From Selaginella moellendorffii (taxonomy: Eukaryota; Plantae; Lycopodiophyta), in assembly GCF_000143415.4 (NCBI RefSeq), contig NW_003314321.1, forward strand, positions 754,236-818,235: 64,000 bases of DNA, read 5' to 3'. The notes beneath the pieces are model-generated. The model ran no database searches. It worked only from the letters and a program-made list of their open reading frames with translations, and was not told the DNA's origin. Positions 24,031 to 38,201 of the stretch are shown here, piece after piece; position 1 is the first letter of the stretch, and each line of letters begins with the position of its first letter. A program made the position numbers and the translations under genes.

Positions 24031-25104
24031 ATGGCCGATTCGTCCGATCCCAGCAGCATCGAGGTCGCGGAGCGCGGCGCCAAGAGCAAAGATCACCAGG
24101 AAGAGCAGGAGTCCGAGGGATTCATGGCCAAGGTAAAGGATTTCATCCACGACATTGGGGAGAAGATCGAGGAGACGATAGGTTTCGGCAAGCCCACGGC
24201 CAGCCTGAGTGGATTCCATCTCCCCAGCATCAATCTCGAGAAGGCCGATGTGGTCGTGGACGTGCTCATCAAGAACCCCAATCCAGTCCCCATTCCTCTG
24301 GTCGACATCGAGTACCTGATCGAGAGCGATGGCCGCAAGCTCGTCTCCGGGACGATCCCCGACGCCGGCACGATCCACGCGCACGGATCCGAGACGGTGA
24401 AGATCCCTCTCACCCTGATCTACAAGGACATCGAGGACACCTACGATGATATCAAGCCCGGCGCGGTGATCCCCTACCGCGCCAAGGTCGCGCTCTTGAT
24501 CGACGTGCCGGTGTTTGGGCGGATCACGATCCCGCTGGAGAAGACGGGCGAGATCCCCATCCCTTACAAGCCCGACGTGGATGTGGATAGCGTGGAGTGG
24601 GATCGCCTCTCGCTCGAGGAGACCGCGGCGACGATGAAGATCAAGGTGGAGAACAAGAACAAATTCGATCTGGGCGTGCGCGAGCTGGAATTCGAGCTCA
24701 CGCTGGCGGACACGCCGATCAGCCGCGCCAAGCTCGGGCAGTCCGCGGACATTGCCGGCGATGGAGTAGGGTTCTTGGAGGTGCCCATCTCGTTTCGTCC
24801 CAAGGATTTTGGATCCGCGCTGTGGGGGATCATCCGTGGCCGCGGCGCTGGCTATAGCTTGGTGGGGAAATTGGAGGTGGAGACTCCATTCGGGCCAATG
24901 CATTTGCCCATCTCCAAGGAAGGAGGGAAGACTACGCTCAAGAAGAAAGAGGGGTGTAAAGACGAGGACGAGGACGAGGACGAAGGGGACGATGGCGAGA
25001 AGAAGAGCCACCATAGCTGGGGGATATTCTCTTCTTCGCGAGAAGCCGAGGTAGAAGCTGATCGAGAAGCCAAGGTCGAAGCCGATCGATCTCTCGAGAA
25101 TTGA
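24031..25104 (+). CDS. LEA_2 (LEA14/WHy double-domain) desiccation-related protein
   Basis: FIHDIGEKIEETIGFGKPTA, NPNPVPIPLVDIEYLIESDGRKLVSG, a second WHy domain, and an acidic tail. Confidence 0.92.
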   Translation: MADSSDPSSIEVAERGAKSKDHQEEQESEGFMAKVKDFIHDIGEKIEETIGFGKPTASLSGFHLPSINLEKADVVVDVLIKNPNPVPIPLVDIEYLIESDGRKLVSGTIPDAGTIHAHGSETVKIPLTLIYKDIEDTYDDIKPGAVIPYRAKVALLIDVPVFGRITIPLEKTGEIPIPYKPDVDVDSVEWDRLSLEETAATMKIKVENKNKFDLGVRELEFELTLADTPISRAKLGQSADIAGDGVGFLEVPISFRPKDFGSALWGIIRGRGAGYSLVGKLEVETPFGPMHLPISKEGGKTTLKKKEGCKDEDEDEDEGDDGEKKSHHSWGIFSSSREAEVEADREAKVEADRSLEN

Positions 25105-25389
25105 TCTCTCGCTTGGTGTGCTCGATCTTTTGCTTGGTATACCTATATGTATAAGCTTGATCATCGAGAAGATATGAACGTTTGCATGTTGTTTCGTAAA
25201 ACTTCCAACTTTCCTGGAGGATCTTCTTTTGGTTTTTGCGCTTGAATTTTTTCTTTTCTTTCTTCCCAAAATCGGAACCGGGTGAGTTTGATCTCGAGGC
25301 GAGCGATCAAACCGACCTGTTTCCTTCCAGGCAAAAGGCCACTTTGTAAGAGGATCAAACTTTGCTACTGAGTGATCGCATCGCTCGTC

Positions 25390-26243
25390 TTACTCGGTTG
25401 CGCCCGTGATCTTCTTCTTGAGCTCCTCCACGTCTTCCAAGAGCTCCTTTCTACTCGACTGCCACGAGCACGAATTCTTTCAGCTTCTGGAGGAGTTCTG
25501 AGCTAAAAAACAATCGTACCTTGAAGAGAAGGTACCGATAGACGAACCAGCCAGTGTATCCCAGTCCGACGAGCTCCATCACCTTTGGAAGCTGATCGAT
25601 CGATCAGCAGAAAATGTTTCGTAAGCCACCGCAATTGTGATTTTTTCTCAAGTGACACTAACCAATGGAACAGAGTTTATAGCTCCAACTATCGTTGCCG
25701 AGAACCACAGCGTCACAAGCGCTCCACCGCCGTAAACCAGAACAGTGCTCTTGTTCTCCACAGATTCCCACTGCAAAGAAAGATGAAGTGAGACAACGCT
25801 CTCATCGGATGCTGCATGCCAAACCTTGGTCTTCAAATCTGAAAAGATGTCCTCGACTTGCTTGCTCACGTCTTCCGTGGATGTTGTCGTGCCAGTTTCC
25901 TCGGACGAGGTCGTTGCCTTCAGAGGAGCAAACCTCAAAGATCCTGCGAGGCGGCCAAAATTCTCAATCACACAGTGATCGATGCCAAGCACTAAAAATT
26001 CCGCTAAGGACATACTCTAGGTAGCTGGAAATCCACAAAAATATTTCGCGAGCAATGGATGGATTCTCACTAACCTGGCATTGTCGCGCTGTGCAGCTTC
26101 ACGGGAGCGCCATGGAACGCTCTCCTCAGTGGAAGCGGCCGGATCGCCGAAGCCGGCGACGACGAAGCCGATGCTGCCGCCGACGCTGCTGCCGCGCAGC
26201 AAGATGATGGAGCGGCGGTGAATGCCGCCACTGTTGCCGCCAT
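25390..26243 (-). CDS. CURT1: CURVATURE THYLAKOID 1 (CAAD domain) protein, spliced
   Basis: Ala/Ser-rich transit peptide; WESVENKSTVLVYGGGALVTLWFSATIVGAINSVPL; LPKVMELVGLGYTGWFVYRYLLFK; SSRKELLEDVEELKKKI. Confidence 0.9.
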
Positions 26244-26577
26244 CGCGCCCGTGAATTCGCACTCCCGGCCCCAAATTTCCCTCTCCCTCTCGCGCACTGG
26301 CAGGCAAGGCGGATGATCTAAACGAGAACCTCAAGAACCCCACTAGACAGAATGTCTTGCGAATATGCTCATCCGTCACGGACATTCCGCCACCTGTCCC
26401 CAGAATATACGACGGCGATTCGAAAGACATGGCGCGAAACAGCATCACATTGGCCAGTGCGTTGACGCCACGTAGCCATTTCTTATCTCCTCTTTCTCTA
26501 TATACATGTCAAAAGGAAGAACGAAAAAGATCCAAAGGTAATAACAAAGAGAAAAAACCATCTAAAACCTCAATCGA

Positions 26578-28238
26578 TCAAAAAACCAGCCGAGCTGCTG
26601 GTTCTCTTCTCAGCGGGATGTTCTCCATGTCAATCCCTTCCATCTCGAGCTCGTTGGTCTCAAAATGTCTAAAGCCCCCAATCTCTACTGATAATCTAGT
26701 CGACGTTGATGGAGTCATTCCAGTATAAATGCCTGTGTCGCAAGAAAGAGAAAACAATCAGATCAAAGCTTTCCTAGGAAGAAACTTTGCAAAAGCTAGC
26801 TTACTCATTCCCGAATCCAACGCGTTGTCACCAAGGTCCTTGGTGACATGCAGCAAAAACGTCCCCGAAAGGATGGTGATGAATCCGCAAAGCTCGGTCA
26901 CGATCGTGGATGGTGTTTGTCCATCCCAGTCCTGTGTGAGTAGCTATAATTGACACGAATCATTCATCAGGTCCAAAGGAGAGAACTGAGCGTGTTACCT
27001 TGAACATTATCACGCTCGCGAGGATTGTCAGCGCTGTGAACATGACGTAGTAGACTGGAGAAACGATGGCAGTGTTGAAAGTGTCGAGTGCCTGCCGGAT
27101 CAACAACAAAAACAAGAGCAAAAGCGTTAACTTGTTGGATCGACATCAAAGCATTTGTTTGTACCTTGTTCAAGTAATTCATTTGCGTGACAACGCAAAC
27201 AGCCACAAAGATTGCAAATATCCACGACTGGACATATATCAGCTGGTTCTGGCCTTGAAACGTTAGCTTCAAGGCAATTCCAAGAGCTTTCACGCTCATG
27301 ACCTGCGCATCCAGTCCAAACTTTCAGAAAGAAAAACGACAAGAAATAAGCTCGAGTTTTCTCACCGAAAGAGAGCCCACCAGGGAGCAAATGCCAATGT
27401 AAACCATTACGTGAGTGTTTCCATACTGGGGAACAAAATGGATCTTCAGCATCATGACCAAAGACAACACGCACAGTGCATAGAGCATAAATCCTGGATA
27501 CAAGAGAAAAAGAAAGCCAAGTTTATCAGTGGAAACTTAATCTGCTTACACACCTATGTGTATACAAACTTACACATTTTAATGCATTCGGGTCCAAAGT
27601 ATACCAGGTTGAGTAGCAGCATCCCAAATCTCTGTCACTGAAGTCATTACTCGCTCCCCTGGTGCGTGGAGCACGATAGTGATCGATCCGACAATACAAA
27701 GAAGGCAGCCCAGCATCCCGAGTACATGGAGCTTCTCCTTGAGCACAAAATGCGCTAAGGTAGCACTACTCAAGCAAAAAAAACATAAGCTATCGTTTGC
27801 TGCCTGTGAAAATGATGTTTACCTCACGATGATGCTGAGAGCACCGAGAGGAGTCACAAGTATCGCTGGAGCAAATGCATAAGCAGCAAAGTTTGCGATT
27901 TCTCCCACAATCACTGCCATAACAAAGATTATTTATCTTTTCAATCAATCAATCTTTCACGAGCTCTTACTCGTCATCATCCCGACCCACCACAAAGGCT
28001 CATAGAGATACGAATACCCTCCAGAACCTGGGAAGAACAAAGAGATAGATTGAAACACTCGGAGAAACGAAAAAAAAAAATGTAAAGTCTTATGACCTGC
28101 TCTTACTCCGTCCGCAGCTGCGCGTTTCAATCCTTTCTTCTTGATGATAAAACTAGAGCCGATGAAGACACTGGAAGCTAGAGCGAGTCCAAATCCTTTG
28201 CGGTTGTCACTGGTGTCAAAACCAGCTGTATCTCCCAT
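26578..28238 (-). CDS. NIPA-family magnesium transporter, spliced
   Basis: [90 protein letters not shown]. Confidence 0.92.
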
Positions 28239-28593
28239 GATAAACAACTAGAACGCCATAGAAACGCATAGTCTAGATCTTCCAGCCCCATGTCACACCA
28301 TATGCCATAGCCTAAAACTCCATCGCTGCAGCCGCATTTGCCCGAAAACACGTTTCCGCGATCATCTATCCGCCGGGATCTCGGATCGCCAGGAAATTCC
28401 TGGATCCATACCTGGAAATCGCGCTCTGGATTGCAAGGAGTAGCGATGGCGATGGCGGCAGCCACACGCACCTCTCGGAACCCTACGCCACATTTTCTCT
28501 AGGGCTGAATTGGCAATTTCAAAAGAGGTATATTCTCTTAAAAGAGAAATATTCCGCCCTCCAGTAAAGAACTAGGGCTAGGCGATCGAGAGA

Positions 28594-31500
28594 ATGCAGC
28601 TCCGCCATGGACGATCGCTCATGCCGGGAGGCACTCAGATCGACAAGGTCACTGCTCTAGCGTGGAGCCCTAACAGGTGCGTGGATTCGTGATGTTTGCG
28701 CGACACGGATTTATTTCGATGCTTGGTTTTCTAGTCGGAGGCTCGCCGTCGCGACATTGAGCCGGATTGTGAATCTTTTCGATGAGAATGGTGAGCTCAA
28801 GGATCGGTTTGCTACAAAACCTGGTGATCCAAAGGTTAGAACGGCTCTTTCTAGCGAAAATTTCTCATGGACTCGTTCGTTTATTTTTTCTCGTCTATCT
28901 CCAGGGCTCGAAGCATTATGCAGTGACATCGATGGTGTTCTCTAGCGACAGCACAAAGCTAGCGATCGGCCAAAGTGACGAAATCGTTTTTATTTACAAG
29001 CTCGGGTACCTTTTGTCCCCAGTCATTCTTGGATTATTACCTTGGAACTTTGCTTGCAGACTGGACTGGGGTGAGAAAAAATCCATTTGTAACAAGTTTC
29101 AAGAGGCCTCGTCCGTTGTAAGCATAATCTGGCCTTTGTCTCGCCAACAGGAGATTTTCTATGGTCTCACTGAGGGAAAGGTGAAGGTATGCAACACAGT
29201 TCTTTCCTTCTCGATCTTGCATTGTTACAAACTTTAAGTTTCCAGATTGGACAATTGAGAACAAACAGGAGCAATACAGTGTATGCTCACGGAAGCGGTA
29301 GTGCGGTGGTCAGTCTGGCCTCTAGCACAGATGGTTTCTCATGCCTTGCTGGTCACTTAGACGGCTCCATATACAAGTAAGCATTGTTATTGTTCGATCC
29401 CGTCTTACTTTTCATGGCTCGAAGGTTCATGCTTGATAACTCAACTCCCGGCGTGTCATCCATGAAAATGATAAGCCATGGTATTTCTTCTGCCTGCTAG
29501 ACAACTAAAACATAACGATGAAGTAAGTGTTTTGTTGTTCGGCCTGTGTTATATTATCTCCAGCCTTTGTGTGTCGCAGGTACAGTGCCACTGGTGATAG
29601 CTTGGGGAAAAGCCATAGCAGTTGCTGGGCCGGATTGTAAGGTGAAGTTCCCTCAACATTCTTTTTTTACTGGTAGTGTCCTTACCTTCTTTGTAGGTTA
29701 CTTTGTATGACTCAAATGGAGTTGTCAGCCAGAATTTCGAATATAGCGGAAAGGTTTGGCATTTTCGAAGAAAAATTCAGTGAACCACTTTCTGCTCAGG
29801 TTTCTCATGAGTTTTGCTCGGGATCATTCCATCCCAGTGGAGATACGCTTGCCTTGGGACACTTTGGCGGCTTCAAAATCTTCAGGTGCTTCAAATTGAT
29901 CCGGGTTTTGTCCATGGTTTGACGAGACGAATGTGTAGCTGGGATCAATCCGGCCGATGGAATCTTATTCTGGACAACGTTGTGGAGAACCTGTATACTG
30001 TATCAGCCTTAACGTGGAATCCAGACGGCAGGTCTGTTCTAGTTTTCTACTGGATAGCGTTTATATCCTCCGGAAGTTTTTGCAGTCAGCTTGCTGTCGG
30101 GACATTGTGTGGGAAGCTAGATGTTTTTGATTTATGCATGCGCAGGCAACGGTATCTTGGAAAATTTGAACTCAGATATATTACGAAGAGTCAGGTAACG
30201 GCGCATCTACATTCTTTGTAGTTAACTTGGCATTGCCTACGATTGTTACAGGTTCTCATAACGAGATTGTCTGTCGGAATCAAGACGGTTATTGGCTCGC
30301 AATTTGGACTCGAAATTACAAAAATTAACATCTACAACGAGCAGGTTTGCGTTGCAATGCAATCGTCTCATCTCTTATAGTTTTTGCAGTATCTCGTGGC
30401 ACATACCTCGGGGACTATTATCTTAGGAAATTTTGAAACTGGAAAGATATCTGAGGTAAGTGTTACTTTTCACTGAATGTCCACCGTAAAGTCGAACTCT
30501 TACAGATATCATGGCACACTAGTGGAAATGAAAAGTTTTTGCTCGAGCATCCATTTGCATGTATTATGTATGATGCGGGAGAGGTGGTTGTTATCGAATA
30601 TGGTTTTAACGAAGTGTTAGGGACCTGTCGAACTGAGCATTTCGACCCATCGTTAATCAGCTTATCCATCACGGGCTCTACGATCACGGGAAAAGACGAA
30701 ATAAAAAGGATTGCGTACCTTATAGACATTCAAACTATTCGAGTGCTAGATCTTTTGAGGTTAGCAGAATTTGACTATACAGCGCTGCTGAAATTTAAGT
30801 TTTCAGTGGGTTAACAGTTGGGACAGCAAACCACACCTGTAAAATTGAGTGGCTCGCTTTGAATCCACAGTCTACGTACCTGCTGTTCCGTGATGCGAAA
30901 CGCCAACTTCATCTGTTTAATATAAGCTCGGAGGTGAACTTTGACTTTTAAAGATGAACTTTACCAACTTTTGACACTTTCAGGAGCGCACTATGTTGCT
31001 AAACCTGTGTACATTTGTACAATGGGTTCCTGGCAGTGATGTAATAGTCGCTCAGGTATGATATTAGTTCTTTTCTTTTCTTTCTATTTCTGTTGAACAA
31101 CCCACTGCAGAACCAAAACAATCTTTACGTGTGGTACACTATAAAAAACCCGGAGCAAGCTACCATTTTTCAAATCAAGGTATGTTCATTTCCCTACATA
31201 CTGTTATCTAGCTGTGACTGCTCCACGCAGGGGGAAGTTACGGGAATCGAGAGAGGGCAAGAGCGAACTGAAGTGATTGTGAGTGAAGGCATAAACACGG
31301 TATCACCATGTTTGCAATTTTTTCACGCAACTCTGACTTGATAACAACACATGTATCCAGGTAACGTATGTCTTGGACGAGGCTCTTATCGAATTTGGCG
31401 TGGCTTTAGAATGTCTGGACTATGGCCGTGCGGTCTCAATTCTCGAGTCGCTGGAATTTACTGCTGAGATTGAAGCCATGTGGAAACAGGTGTTGTTTTT

Positions 31501-34500
31501 CTTTTCTGCTTTTCTAATTTCTATGAGACTGTATTCTGTTGTATCAGCTGGCGGAAAAGTCGTTTGAAAACATGGAGTTAGCATTTGCTGAAAGGTGCTA
31601 TGCAGCTCTAGGTGATGTATCCAAGGCTCGCTATCTTCACAAGGTAGCACTTCCTAGTTCTTGTTGCTGTCCGTAAACTTGCGTGCAGGTCAATAAGCTG
31701 ATTGAGGCTAGCCCTCCCGATCAAGCTGCAGGAGCTGACAATTATCTCGTGAAGGCAAAGCTTGCAGTTCTTCAGCATCAGTGGAAGGTGTGTATCTCTC
31801 CGTTTGTGCAGAGAACTAAATTGGTTGTGCTTCTCCATCAGATAGCTGAAGGTATTCTGCTGGACCATGGGTCCATTGCAGAGTCCATACAAATGTATAC
31901 AGAGTGTCACAGGTATCATTTTTTTTCTCTCTCTCTCATTATGTGCGTAGCTGATCTTGTCATTTAGATGGAAAGAAGCAATAGCTGTTGCTAAAAGTCA
32001 GACCTACGCAGGTTGTGAAGAGCTTCAGGATCGTTACTTTAAATGGCTCTTGCAGACGAACCAGGTCCGTGATTTATTTGAGGATGCACAGTAACACTTT
32101 TAAACAGGACGAGGAAGCAGGGAAGGTGAAAGAAACGGAAGGTGATGTCTTAGGCGCGATTGACTTGTTCTTGGATGGAGGTCTTCCTGGCTGTGCTGCA
32201 GAGTGTGTTCAACGTCACTCTACGTACCAGTTCCAGGTCTTTCGTACCCGTGCCTTTCCAAAGTTTCTAAACTTTTTCGACAGAGTGACACACTGGAACG
32301 CATTGCAGAAGCGCTCGTTCGAGCTAACATGTTTGAAGAGGTATCCTACTCTAATATGCTGCTTCCGGAATGTACAATATCGTATTTGAATAGGCAGGCA
32401 AGTTTTTGGAGCTGCTGCATCAATTTTCTAGAGCCAAAGATGCCTACGTCAAAGGCCATTCATATAGCTGTGCAATTGATCTTGCGCGACGACATTTTCC
32501 GAGTGAAGCAGCTCGCCTAGAAGAAGAATGGGGGGACTGGTTGGTTTCAAAACGGCAGGAAAGTCGTTGTTTTACTTTTTTCGTGCACATGTGACAGCGT
32601 TGTACTTTAACAGGTTGATGCAGCAATCAGTCACTTTATTGAAGCGGGTTGTGGCAGGAAAGCCATCGAATCTGCACTTTCTGCTTCACAGTGGCAACGA
32701 GCCGTATATATTGTGGAGACACAAGATCCTAAAGTAAGAATTTTTAGTTCTTGAAGATCCGATTGTCTTTGCAGGTCTCTTTCCCTTTCTACCAGAGACT
32801 TGCAGAACATTTTGAGTCGACGAAGCAGTTTGCCGAAGCAGAGAAATTCTTTATACAAGCGAAACTCTCGCAAAGAGCAATTGAAATGTATTTACGATGC
32901 GGCAGGCTGCAAGAAGCGAACAAGGTTGAAAAGGTTTAAATATTGAAAATAAGTGTGTGTTATTTGTGAAGGTTTCCTCCAAGTACTTATCAAGTACAGA
33001 AGCATCCGCATTATATCTCGAATGGGCTGGCCGCTTGGAGGCTGCGGGCGAGCTTAAAGAAGCCGAAAATCTCTACGTACACGCTTCTGAATATGACATG
33101 GCAATCAACATCTACAAGAAAGCACGGCTCTTCGATGATATGCTGTTGTTGGTATCGACCTACCGTAAGGTGCGTTGCTTGTGTAACTTTTAATTTCTGT
33201 GCTTATACCGTTGTTTCTGCGCCGTTGTCTTCTGTAGGATTCCCTCAATGAAACTCATCTTTATCTTGCGGAACAGCTTGAAAAGGAAGGTAATGCAAGA
33301 TTTCGTCTTTATTTCTTCTTCCTTCTTTATTACTTACAACACCGTGGAGCTCTGATGCAGGTTCGTACTTAGAAGCTGAGAGGCATTACCTGGAAGCTCA
33401 AGATTGGAAGACCTGTGTAAAGGTAATATTAAGCTTCGCACTTCTTCGGTAGTTTTCAAAGTTGAGATGTTTGTTATACAGATGTTTAGTCAGCACGGAA
33501 TGTGGGAGGACGCAATGCGTGTTGCAAAGCAGTTTGGTGGAATGCAAGGAGCCAAACAGGTATCTGAAACTTGTTTTTATACATGGAGCTGATCACTTTC
33601 ACCACCAGGTTGCTTATGCGTGGGCAGTGTCACTTGGTGGAGAAGCTGGGGCAAATTTACTTTCAAAGCTGGGACTTGTTGAACAGGCTCTCGACTATGC
33701 TCTAGACTCGTGTGCATTTGATCACGCTTTTGATCTATGTCGTTCTTCCATCAAGAGCAAACTTCCAGAGGTACATGAAGCATGTGCATGAAAAGGATGA
33801 CAGAGAGTTTTTTACATGTATAGGTGCACCTAAGATTTGCTATGTCCCTTGAAGACGAAGGACGCTTCGGAGAGGCTGAAGACCAATTTATTAAAGCTGG
33901 AAGACCAAGAGAAGCTATCGACATGTATTTGCATCAGCAAGATTGGCAGGCAGCCCTTCGTGTTGCAGATCTCTGTGTGCCGGCAGCAATATCCGATGTC
34001 CGAGTAAGAATTTCTTGGTGTAATGAACTGAGCTAAGCCGTTAGTTACAGGTAGCGCAAGCGGAACACCTTCTGAGTAAAGACGAGACATCAAAGGCGGA
34101 AACACTCTTCTTGAAGGTGGCAACCTGATTTTTATCAGACTTTCAAATATCAGGTTGTTATTTTGCAGGCCAAGAAGCCTGAACGTGCTATAAACATGTA
34201 CAAAGATAAAATGCGATGGGAAGATGCCATTCGGGTTGCTCAGGCACATCTTCCTATAGCCGTCTCGGACATCCATCATGAAATGGCGGCATATCTGCAT
34301 AACCATTCAGAAAGTCTGGAAGCTATCCTTATGCGGGCGAAAACGATGGAAAACAATCGAAACTACTCGGAAGCTATAGATTTTTACCTTCAAGTCGATA
34401 GAAGGCACGTGACAGACTTTCCGGAGCTCCAAAAGGTTCTGCTGTTTTGTTTTCTTTTGTGACTTGCTGACAGTGTGAGCTCAGATATGGGAGAAGGCCG

Positions 34501-36343
34501 TGACATTGGCCCAAGCATCTGTGCAGACGCGCTTGCCAGAAGTTGTAGGTACTATTGCTCACAAGATGACTAGTATGGGAAAATACGAAGAAGCAGTGAA
34601 GCTCTACGAGGACATCGACTTTCATAGAGAGGTTCCTTTAAACTGCACTTTGACTTTTTACTACACCGTCGCATGTTTTTATCTGTTTCAGGCAGTGGAC
34701 ATGTGTATAACTTTTGGCCTCTGGGACCAGGCAAGAAAAGTCGCTGAGTCTGACCCACGTCTTCAGCAGGTAATCATAGTTGGGATCATGTTTTTTACTG
34801 AAATGTGCGAGAATCAGTTTGTGGATGAGCAGTATAAAGAGCATTTGATGAAAAAAGGAGAAGCAGAACAACTAGCAGAGATAGGAAATGTCTCAGAAGC
34901 GGTTGAACTTTACATCCAACAGTCAAACTGGCAAAAGGTTAAAAAAAAAAGCATTCTTACTCCTAGAAAAGCATCTCTGCTGATACGCCACTGAAGGTTC
35001 ATGAGCTTTCGAGCCTTCTTGGACCCGATTCGGAAAGAGAATCCTCGTTCAGGCATGCAAAACAGTGTCTGCAAGATATGAAGGTCAACACCCGAACTAT
35101 ATTGATTGTTCTATGAGATGCCACCATTAACTCGGACCTGTGCAGCTGTCCGAGGCTGTTTCAGTTTTAGCACAGTATGGTGTCCCAATGACCATTGACG
35201 CGTACGAATTTTGCTGCTCGCTTGCCTACCAAGTATTGGGGTCAAACGAGGGCCTCGTTGAGGTAGATTTACTTAGTTTTGTTTGCTTTATATTCTCACA
35301 ATGAACACTTTGCAGAAAATGCGCGACATTCTCTTCCAACTGTTTTCTAATATTTCACAAACTATGACTGCCACTGTTTGTCCGAGTAAGTGGAAGTTGA
35401 GAGCCTTTCTTAATTCTGACCTGCGCTTTGTTTTTTCAGTACTAATGGAGATCGAGAAGCTATTGTACATAACAAACTATCTTGCGTTACGACAAACAGC
35501 TGAAACACAGGTTTTCTCAATTTACTATCCGTTTGGAAACTACTAATCTAATGAACAGGACCTTCCTGAGATTACGGCCAAGCTTAGTGTTTCGCTGCTG
35601 CGTTACATTGATGTCATATCAGCTGATGAAGCGTTTTACCAAGCTGGAATCGCTTGCAAAAAGGTGTTTCTATGATTTCATCTTGTGTTGACGTTGCGTG
35701 ATTCCTTTCAGGTTGGTTGGCAAAACATGGCATTCGTTTATCTCAATCACTACCTTGACATAGCGGAATCTATCGAGCTTCAGACCGGGGAATGTGCATT
35801 TGACACGTCTGGCTTGGATACGAGTGATATCCCTCGATCATTCCCTGTTCCTCAAAAGCACTACTTGGAAGGTAAATGCAGTCTCGCATTCTCTTCTAGA
35901 AGGAACTGATATTGTCCTTTTCTTCCTGGATCATCTTTAGAGAATCAACGGGAACAAGTTCGAGACTGGTTGATCCAACTAAGCATGGACCAACAGGTGC
36001 GTCCTTTTGCCACAGCATATCTATCAAACACAACTCTCTTTTGTCGCAGGTAGAACCCGTTCTTCCAACGAGATCCTGCGATAGATGTAGCGGCGAAATA
36101 TACGAAGCAAGCCTCACCTGTTTCTATTGCAAAGTAAGCTGGTAGTCAACATCTTTGGAGGCGTTTAACACTCTCGTTTCTTTGCAGCTTGAAAGCAAGC
36201 CGTGCTGTGTAACAGGCTACCCCGTGCTGCAACACTCACAGTCTTGCAAGTACTGTGAGATGCCTGCCAACAGAAGCGATTGGAACAACTACATTCAACG
36301 CTTTAAAACGTGTCCGTGGTGCCGAGAGAAGCAACACACGTAG
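28594..36343 (+). CDS. IFT172: Intraflagellar transport protein 172 (WD40 plus TPR-like), many short introns
   Basis: MQLRHG...[77 protein letters not shown]-terminal CCVTGYPV...CPWC. Exons join in frame through GT-AG introns except one (see findings). Confidence 0.95.
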
Positions 36344-36861
36344 CTTTCCCAGGTACGAAGAAGTTTAATACTTAGTGCGCGCGTCATACAAGCTCTTGTT
36401 AAGCAGTTAGTCTAGTTCTAGTCCCTCTCAGTTTACTCTGCTGGGTCCCTTGCTCCACTCACTGTAAGTCGAGTTGATGTGATCATCTTCCAACCTCTCT
36501 AGTAAACTGTGAGTGATCGCGAGCGATTTAATTTTGCCGGTCAAAGCAAGCAAGCAGAAAGAGAAAGCATAGTGGCGACTGTTCTCTCAAGAATCACCAA
36601 ACAGCCAGCTTTTCTTTGCATTGTCTGTCTATCTAATATGTAGGTGGTGGTTTGGTCTTTCCCCTCATCCTTCTCGAGTCGCCTCCACTAGCCTAGGATT
36701 CAAATCCCCGCTGCCTTGGAGCCTTGCGCTTGTTGCCAGCGGAGAGCTTTCATTCCAGTCAAAAGGCGAGAGCCTTTTGCTCGCGGATTTAAGTCGAGAG
36801 GGAGCGAGACTTTTTCTCAGTCAGTTGATCGGTTCATCGTAAGAGAGCTTGCATTTTTGCA

Positions 36862-38036
36862 ATGGCAGCGCTTGCATTCGTCTTCACCAGCGTCCTGGTT
36901 GCTCTTGTTTGCATTGTCGACGGCCACCCGCTGAAGCTCGTCCCCGACTACTATGCCTCGACTTGTCCTGAAGCCGAGGCCATCGTTAGAGCTGTCGTGG
37001 AGAAGGCAGTGATCAGGGAGGCCAGGAACGCGGCGTCGCTGCTAAGGCTACACTTCCACGACTGTTTCGTCAATGTAAGTTGGACGCTGCTCTTTCTTTC
37101 TTCCGGCGCTAATGCTCTCCTTTGCAGGGCTGTGATGGATCTGTTCTGCTGGACGACACTCCAACTTTCACCGGAGAGAAGATGGCAGCCCCCAACAATG
37201 GCTCCATTCGAGCTCTCGACGTGGTGGACGAGATCAAAGCCGAGCTCGAGAGCCATTGTCACGGAGTAGTGTCGTGTGCTGATGTGTTGGCGATCGCAGC
37301 CAGGGACTCCGTCGTCGTGGTAAGTAAGCAAGAAGTAATTTTCTTATGCTTCATGAATAACACGCCTCATTGTTTTCTTTTGTTTTTCCTTCTCTAGAGC
37401 GGTGGTCCTTTCTACGAAGTTCTTCTTGGAAGACGGGATAGCTTAACTGCCAGCCAAGCCGCTGCCAACAATTCGATCCCACCTCCCACTTCCAACATCA
37501 CGGGATTGATCTCGAGCTTCAGGGCCGTGGGATTATCCGTGCTCGATCTAGTCGTTCTCTCTGGTAAGCTTGTCCAGCAGCGAGTAAAGAGCTAAACGCA
37601 TTGAAACTTTCATCCAGGCGCTCACACAATCGGCCGAGCTCGTTGCACCAACGTCGTCCAGCGTCTCTACAACCAGAGTGGAACGTTTCGTGCCGATCCA
37701 ACCATCGAGGACGACTTCCTGGGATATCTCGTGGAGCTGTGCCCGCAGCGAGGCAATCCAAACACTCTCGCCAACCTCGACTTCGTGAGCCCGATCTACT
37801 TCGACAATCACTACTTCCGGAACCTCCAGTACTTCAAGGGCCTGCTCAACTCGGACGAGGTTCTCTTCACCACTTCCAAGGAGACGAAAGAGCTCGTCAA
37901 CCTCTTTAGCGACAACAAGGAGGCCTTCTTCAAGCACTTCCCAGACTCGATGATCCGGATGGGAAACATCAGCCCTCTCACTGGCGATCGCGGCGAGGTG
38001 AGATTCAATTGCCGATACACCAACAGCGGGCAGTAA
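36862..38036 (+). CDS. Class III secretory peroxidase, 3 introns
   Basis: Signal peptide; [24 protein letters not shown]; [13 protein letters not shown]; LSGAHTIG; FDNHYFRNL. Confidence 0.95.
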
Positions 38037-38201
38037 GTAAGTTCACGGCGTAAGCGAGAAAAATTCCAGGGAAAAATTCCATCTTTTTTCAGTGTTCTTT
38101 GCGGTTTGTATCTTTCGTGATTGTGTTCTTCCAAGCAATAAGCTGTTGCATATAAAAAAACGCTTTTTTCTTGATTTTCGAAGGAAAAAAGAGCTCGTGG
38201 A

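Noticed and set aside
23965-25269. 434-aa antisense ORF over the LEA gene, and similar shadow ORFs over RKF3, the PPRs and the peroxidase
   Set aside because: Expected from high GC3 codon bias on the sense strand; no recognisable motifs.
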